64,000 nucleotides of DNA from an uncultured Methanosarcinales archaeon (lineage in GTDB: Archaea > Nanobdellota > Nanobdellia > Woesearchaeales > JAHJBD01). The DNA lies in assembly GCA_964534665.1 (NCBI GenBank), contig CAZHRT010000001.1:76037-140036 (forward strand), given 5' to 3'. Under the pieces are notes generated by a model. It searched no databases. It saw only the letters and a list, made by a program, of their open reading frames with translations, and was not told the origin of the DNA. Made by a program: the position numbers and the translations under genes. Positions 58,708 to 64,000 of this stretch are shown piece after piece. Positions within the stretch are counted from its first letter, which is position 1. Each line of letters opens with the position of its first letter.

Positions 58708-60080
58708 TTTTTTTCTTCCTCCATATTTGCTCCTATACTCTTCATAAATTCCAAGTAATTAGGAAATGTAACACTTACAGCCTCGGCTGTTGTCACCTCT
58801 GTTTTTCCTTCTGCAATTAGCCCTGCTAAACTTAGTGCCATTACAACTCTATGATCATGATGGCCCTGAACTTTTGCCCCTTTAAGTTGGCTTTGCATTA
58901 TTTGTAAACCATCGTGCAATTCTAAAACATCTACACCCATTTTAGATAGTTCCTTAGCCATAACTTTAATCCTATCTGTTTCCTTAATTCTTGCATGCGC
59001 AACATTCTTTATAATAGTTTTCCCTTTAGCAAAACAGCCTAATATTGATACTGCAGGTAATGCATCAGGGGTTTGATTTAAATCTAATTCACAACCCACT
59101 AATTCTTTCCCTTTAATTCTAATACCTTGTTCTTCAATAGTAATATCTGCGCCCATCTTTCTCAAATATTCAATAATTTGCTTATCACCTTGGATATCTT
59201 CTAAATCTAAACCCTTAAGCAATACATTTGATTTTGTAATTGCTGCAGCAACTAATGGAAAAGCAGCTGAACTCCAATCAGACGGAATTATAATTTCCAT
59301 TGGCTTGTACTTTTGTCCCCCCTTTATTTTAAAATGTCTTAACCCATCTGCTTCATAATTAATTTCTTGTTGATTAAGATATTTAAGAGTCATTTCAACA
59401 TAAGGTTCCTCACATAAATTGAGCACAATAATCTCAGTATCATTCTCAACTAACGGACAACTTATCAATAAACTAGACAGATATTGTGAAGACCTACAAT
59501 CTATTTCAGTCTTACCACCTTTCATTGGACCAGTTACTTCTATTGGTGGACACCCATCATTATTTTGTGATAAAACACTTGCCCCTAAATTATTTAATGC
59601 ATTTAGTAAAGGTTGTACTGGCCTAGTCCTTAATGAATCATCCCCATCTAAAATAACTTGAAAATCTCCTAAAGCAACAACTGAAGTTAACAAATTAATT
59701 GATGTTCCACTATTTAACATGTCAAGAACTATCTGATTAGGAGGGTCTTGAGCATTCTCAGAAATCAGCTCGTCAGATTCAGATGAAACAGGTGTTTTGT
59801 TAGTGCCGATTTCAGATGTGTTAAGTGGTTCTTCTGGTTTTTTGGGTTTACTTCCAAAACCTTCAATAATTAACTTCCCATCAAGTTCTTCTATCTTTGC
59901 TCCAAGTGCTTTACACCCTTCAATTGCAGCTTTTGTATCTGCAGACATTAAAGGATTCTCTAAAACAGATTTTCCTTCAGCAAGTGAAGCAATTATCACA
60001 GATCTAATTGTATGAGACTTAGAACTAGGTATAACAACTTCCCCGTTCAATTCTTCTGTTTTTTTAATTACTAATTTCAT
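58704..60080 (-). CDS. aroA: 3-phosphoshikimate 1-carboxyvinyltransferase (EPSP synthase) with low-complexity insertion
   Basis: VIPSSKSHTIR, LRTRPV, C-terminal RIKETDR. About 45-aa S/E/P-rich insert (SKPKKPEEPLNTSEIGTNKTPVSSESDE...). Confidence 0.85.
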   Translation of the reverse strand: MKLVIKKTEELNGEVVIPSSKSHTIRSVIIASLAEGKSVLENPLMSADTKAAIEGCKALGAKIEELDGKLIIEGFGSKPKKPEEPLNTSEIGTNKTPVSSESDELISENAQDPPNQIVLDMLNSGTSINLLTSVVALGDFQVILDGDDSLRTRPVQPLLNALNNLGASVLSQNNDGCPPIEVTGPMKGGKTEIDCRSSQYLSSLLISCPLVENDTEIIVLNLCEEPYVEMTLKYLNQQEINYEADGLRHFKIKGGQKYKPMEIIIPSDWSSAAFPLVAAAITKSNVLLKGLDLEDIQGDKQIIEYLRKMGADITIEEQGIRIKGKELVGCELDLNQTPDALPAVSILGCFAKGKTIIKNVAHARIKETDRIKVMAKELSKMGVDVLELHDGLQIMQSQLKGAKVQGHHDHRVVMALSLAGLIAEGKTEVTTAEAVSVTFPNYLEFMKSIGANMEEEKK

Positions 60081-61471
60081 TTTAACCAGATATTAAATTG
60101 TTCCATAGCTTGATTAACAAACATTTCTTCTCCTGAAATTACTTTACACCTATTGGCCTGTGCGTCCTTTAATAATTTTGTATACTTTGGATTATATATC
60201 ACATCCATAACAACCATACCTTTCAATAATTTCTTATCAATAGGTGATTTACTTGTTTTCGGTGCCATCCCAACTGATGTTGTATTGATTAAACAATCAA
60301 CATTAAGATGTGTAATATTTAATCCATCATATGCACAATGCAGTTGTTTAGCTAAAAGTCTAGCTTTTTCTAAGGTCCTATTTAAGATTATTAAACTTCC
60401 ACCTTTTTTCTTAATCCCAAAAGCAATAGCTTTAGCTGCACCACCTGCACCAATTATTACAAAATCTTTATTCTTAATTTTGATACGTTTTTCAATTGCT
60501 TTTACAGCGCCAACCGAATCTGTATTGTAACCAATCAACTGATTACCTTTTTTAACAACTGTATTAACAGCATCAATCTGCTTTGCAGTACTTGAAACTT
60601 TATCAAGTTGTTTCATGATCGTTTTTTTATGTGGCATAGTTATACTCAACCCATTAATAATTGATTTAAACCCATTAACAAAACCGCCAACATCATCTAC
60701 TAAAAAATTAACATAAACTGCATTAATTCTTCTCTTATCAAACATATTATTATGAATCAAATAACCTTTAGATTTTGAAACAGGATTTCCAACTAACCCA
60801 AAGATTTTTGTTTTACTATTAAGTTTATCAACTTTGTAAACATTTTTTAATTTATCAACTGTTATTTGACCAGAGGCTGATTCTTTCCCTTCTTCCAAAC
60901 TACCAAAAGTAAGTAAAGCACCTAAAGCAGGAGATAAAATTCTACTAATTTCACCTTTTTCACCCATACACAACCCTATTATCTTTTTCTTATCTTTTAC
61001 AGCTTTTTTAATAAGGTCAAATATAATCAAGTTATCATTAATTGTGTTTGCAAAAGCTACAATCTTAATAATATCTGGATTTAATCTCTTAATTTTCTTA
61101 TAAGTCTCTTGAATCTGTTTCTTATCTGTTCTCTTAAAATTATGCCATGAAACAATAATCTTAGATTTCCCTTTAATCAAACTTTTAATTACATTCTCAT
61201 TAGTTCTTGCCTCAACATCAACATACTCAACACCTAAATCAACAGCTTTTCTTAACAATTCAATCCTTTTCTTTTCATCAAGCTTATACTTACCACCTTC
61301 ATCTTTTCTTCTAATGGTAATAATTTTTTTATTTGGAATTGCAATCAACTGTTCTAACTTTTTTTCATTTAAATTTTGAATGTAATCCAGTCTTAACTCT
61401 ATTAAACCTGCTTTTCGCGCTTGTTTTTTCGCTTCTTCAACACTTGAAGCAATTATTGGTACTGCTATCAT
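60077..61471 (-). CDS. aroDE: Bifunctional 3-dehydroquinate dehydratase (type I) / shikimate 5-dehydrogenase fusion
   Basis: N-terminal AroD-I (IAVPIIASSVEEA...ELRLDY). C-terminal AroE (IIGAGGAAKAIAF Rossmann). Confidence 0.8.
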   Translation of the reverse strand: MIAVPIIASSVEEAKKQARKAGLIELRLDYIQNLNEKKLEQLIAIPNKKIITIRRKDEGGKYKLDEKKRIELLRKAVDLGVEYVDVEARTNENVIKSLIKGKSKIIVSWHNFKRTDKKQIQETYKKIKRLNPDIIKIVAFANTINDNLIIFDLIKKAVKDKKKIIGLCMGEKGEISRILSPALGALLTFGSLEEGKESASGQITVDKLKNVYKVDKLNSKTKIFGLVGNPVSKSKGYLIHNNMFDKRRINAVYVNFLVDDVGGFVNGFKSIINGLSITMPHKKTIMKQLDKVSSTAKQIDAVNTVVKKGNQLIGYNTDSVGAVKAIEKRIKIKNKDFVIIGAGGAAKAIAFGIKKKGGSLIILNRTLEKARLLAKQLHCAYDGLNITHLNVDCLINTTSVGMAPKTSKSPIDKKLLKGMVVMDVIYNPKYTKLLKDAQANRCKVISGEEMFVNQAMEQFNIWLK

Positions 61472-61473
61472 AT

Positions 61474-62547
61474 TTATTCCAATACTTTTAATACCATTTT
61501 TTCATCAACTTTCTTATTGTAAACTGCTTTTCCAATTCCGTCCAAAAGCACATATTCAGCAACTCCATCTCTAGCTTTTTTATCTAAAGTAGTTGCTTTA
61601 ATTATTTCTTGAGCCAAAATTCCTTTAGGAACATCAATTGGAAGTTTAGCACTTTTAATCACTGATTTAATCATATCTAAATCATCTTGACTTAACATAC
61701 CTAATTCTAATGATATCTCAGCCTCAGCAACCATACCAATCGCAACCGCCTCACCATGATTTAATTTAAAATTGCTTAAATTTTCAACTGCGTGCCCAAT
61801 TGTATGTCCAAAATTAACTATTTTTCTTAATCCACCTTCTTTTTCATCAAGCTCAACAATTTTTCCTTTGATTTCACAATTTCTTTTAATCAATTCTGAT
61901 AAAACTGTTTCATCTTTACTATAAATCCTATCAACATTTTTTTTAATAAAATCTAACAAATCTTTATCCCTAATTAAAGCGTGCTTAATTATTTCAGCCA
62001 TTCCATTTGCCATTTGTCTTTCTGGTAAAGATTTCAATACAGAAACATCTATCAAAACTAACTTTGGTTGATGAAAAGCACCAATTAAATTCTTTCCAAG
62101 TGAATGATCAATTGCTGTTTTTCCACCAACAGAGCTATCTACATCAGCTAACAAAGTTGTAGGCACTTGAACATAAGGAATTCCCCTAAATAATGTAGCT
62201 GCAACAAAACCGGCAATATCTCCAACAACACCCCCACCTAAAGCGATTATTGCTGAATCTCTACCTGCACCAAGTGAAATGAGTTTGTCTTCAAGTTCTG
62301 CTTTAACCTTTCTGGATTTACTTTTCTCACCAGCTATAAAACTAATTAATTCTGCTTGTAATCCTGACTTTCTTAAATCTTTTAATAAGCCTTCACCAAA
62401 AAGTTTTCTAGTAGTTTCATCAGTAATCACAAAATACTTTTCAGCAATTTTTCTCTTAACTAATTCATCAGCCAAACTTAGTTTACTACCTATCAAAATA
62501 TCATACGAGTTATCAATCTGTTTTTTTAGATTAACCTTAACTTTCAT
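61474..62547 (-). CDS. aroB: 3-dehydroquinate synthase (bacterial-type AroB)
   Basis: [46 protein letters not shown]. Confidence 0.85.
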   Translation of the reverse strand: MKVKVNLKKQIDNSYDILIGSKLSLADELVKRKIAEKYFVITDETTRKLFGEGLLKDLRKSGLQAELISFIAGEKSKSRKVKAELEDKLISLGAGRDSAIIALGGGVVGDIAGFVAATLFRGIPYVQVPTTLLADVDSSVGGKTAIDHSLGKNLIGAFHQPKLVLIDVSVLKSLPERQMANGMAEIIKHALIRDKDLLDFIKKNVDRIYSKDETVLSELIKRNCEIKGKIVELDEKEGGLRKIVNFGHTIGHAVENLSNFKLNHGEAVAIGMVAEAEISLELGMLSQDDLDMIKSVIKSAKLPIDVPKGILAQEIIKATTLDKKARDGVAEYVLLDGIGKAVYNKKVDEKMVLKVLE

Positions 62548-63557
62548 AGTTTCCTCCCAACAGCTTCTGCTATAGGTTTTAATTCTTTCATTAATTTATC
62601 AAATTCTTCAGTTGACAATGTTTGATCTGCATCTGAGACTGCTTTATCTGGGTGTGGGTGAACTTCAATTATAATCCCATCTGCTCCAGCAGCAACTGAT
62701 GCTTTTGTAACCGGTCCAACAAGACTCTTTTTTCCTGTTGCATGGCTTGGGTCAACAATAACTGGAAGATGTGTTAATTCTTTTAATACGGGAATTGCAT
62801 TAATATCCAAAGTATTTCTAGTGTAAGTCTCAAATGTTCTTATTCCTCGTTCACATAACATTACTTCCCTATTGCCTTCTGACATAATATATTCAGCAGC
62901 AAGCAAAAGTTCCTTGTAAGTTGCCCACATGCCTCTTTTAAGCAAAACAGGTTTTTTTACTTTTCCTACTTCTTTTAATAAAGGATAATTTTGCATATTT
63001 CTAGTTCCAATCTGTAAAATATCTGCATATTTTGCAACTAATTCTACATCTCTAACATCCATTACTTCTGTTGCAATCTTTAACCCTGTTGCATCTCTTG
63101 CTTTTGCAAGCAACTTAAGACCTTTTTCACCGAGACCTTGGAATGAATATGGTCCTGTCCTTGGTTTAAATGCTCCACCCCTCAATATTTGAGCACCAGA
63201 TTTTTTAACAGCTTTTGCAGTTGCCATTATTTGTTCTTCATCTTCAACAGCACAAGGTCCAGCCATAACAATAACCTTATCTCCACCAATAATCAAATCT
63301 CCAACCCTAACTTTACTTGGTTTCTCCTTAGCCTCTTTACTAACTAATTTGTAAGGTTGTAAGACTTCCATAACTTTCTCAACACTATCCATTGCCTTAA
63401 GAGAAGCAATAGGTAATACCCTTTCATCTCCAATAATCGCTATAACTGTTCTTTCTGTACCATGCAATGGAACAGGCTTTAATTTAGCACCTTCTATTTT
63501 TTTCAATACATCATCAATTTCTTGTTTTTTTGCGTTTTTCTTCATTACAACTATCAT
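62544..63557 (-). CDS. aroF: DAHP synthase (class I-beta, KDO8PS-like TIM barrel) with N-terminal regulatory domain
   Basis: N-terminal about 80-aa ferredoxin-like domain ([17 protein letters not shown]...) then [33 protein letters not shown]. Confidence 0.8.
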   Translation of the reverse strand: MIVVMKKNAKKQEIDDVLKKIEGAKLKPVPLHGTERTVIAIIGDERVLPIASLKAMDSVEKVMEVLQPYKLVSKEAKEKPSKVRVGDLIIGGDKVIVMAGPCAVEDEEQIMATAKAVKKSGAQILRGGAFKPRTGPYSFQGLGEKGLKLLAKARDATGLKIATEVMDVRDVELVAKYADILQIGTRNMQNYPLLKEVGKVKKPVLLKRGMWATYKELLLAAEYIMSEGNREVMLCERGIRTFETYTRNTLDINAIPVLKELTHLPVIVDPSHATGKKSLVGPVTKASVAAGADGIIIEVHPHPDKAVSDADQTLSTEEFDKLMKELKPIAEAVGRKL

Positions 63558-63871
63558 TTTATCCCTCGCTTTTTCTGATTTTTTATCTTTTTAGATTTTT
63601 CTTATATTTTCTCTTTTTATGTAGAGATTTGTCTCTATTATTTTTAAACTTAGTGGTCTCCCCTGTATTAAAACCGGGAGACTAACAAAAATAAAAGAAA
63701 CTTACATCTAGAAAAAACTCTTTTAACATAACTATATTTGTTCTTTCTAATGCTATCATAATAATATAGTAATGGGCTTTAATATTTAAAGTTTTTGTGT
63801 TTTTTACAGTAAATAATCTATTTTTTAAGAGAAAAGTATATAAATGTCTAGCCGCCTCATTAATCGTGCAA

Positions 63872-64000
63872 ATGATATCAAAATTTCCAATAGACATAAG
63901 CGGTTATAAACCACTAAAATTTAATATTTCTAAAGAATCATATGATAAAAAACAATTAGAAACAAATATCCAGATAGTTAGAGATGTAATTGTATTCTTT
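63872..64000 (+). CDS. Hypothetical protein, N-terminal fragment (runs off window)
   Basis: MISKFPIDISGYKPLKFNISKESYDKKQLETNIQIVRDVIVFF... open to window end. Confidence 0.3.
   Translation, partial: MISKFPIDISGYKPLKFNISKESYDKKQLETNIQIVRDVIVFF

Noticed and set aside
63682-63897. 71-aa minus-strand ORF upstream of aroF
   Set aside because: It lies in an AT-rich promoter/leader region. Composition is not protein-like and no start context is evident.

Overview
AT-rich (~30% GC) archaeal chromosome segment. Gene content and order look like a reduced-genome DPANN-like archaeon: fused PriS-PriL primase, several tRNAs with multiple or non-canonical introns, K/E-rich tails on ribosomal proteins. Part 1: the minus strand carries an alpha-type ribosomal/RNAP operon (S13-S4-S11-RpoD-[tRNA-Leu with intron]-L18e-L13-S9-RpoN) next to a bacterial-type leuS fragment. 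Downstream come NAC-alpha, a previously unlisted 57-aa Sec61beta gene, an unlisted RNase P RNA, a THUMP methyltransferase, gyrA, ScpB and an LTD-domain surface protein. The plus strand (37.7-52.5 kb) carries the long L3...L15-SecY operon, which includes aSUI1, Rpp29 and a DUF106 (YidC/Oxa1-like) insertase. Beyond it on the minus strand are pheT-pheS and a complete-looking bacterial-type shikimate/phenylalanine cluster (aroF-aroB-aroDE-aroA-aroC-tyrA-pheA). Replication and repair genes are present: PCNA, RNase J, Hef, a Toprim protein, Nudix and the primase. Part 2, the main leads: (i) an overlapping three-gene minus-strand operon of a secreted CARDB-like protein, an FGase-like amidohydrolase and a GCS2 carboxylate-amine ligase, a possible peptide or metabolite ligation/hydrolysis module. 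(ii) A tandem triplet of paralogous small coiled-coil genes, the first with a proline-rich extension. (iii) A tandem pair of paralogous helical proteins with a small membrane protein. (iv) tRNAs with two introns each, including T-arm introns, one abutting a free-standing LAGLIDADG endonuclease. (v) Compositionally atypical ORFans immediately beside tRNA genes. (vi) An M50/S2P-like membrane protein with a degenerate HExxH. No CRISPR arrays or transposases were seen.
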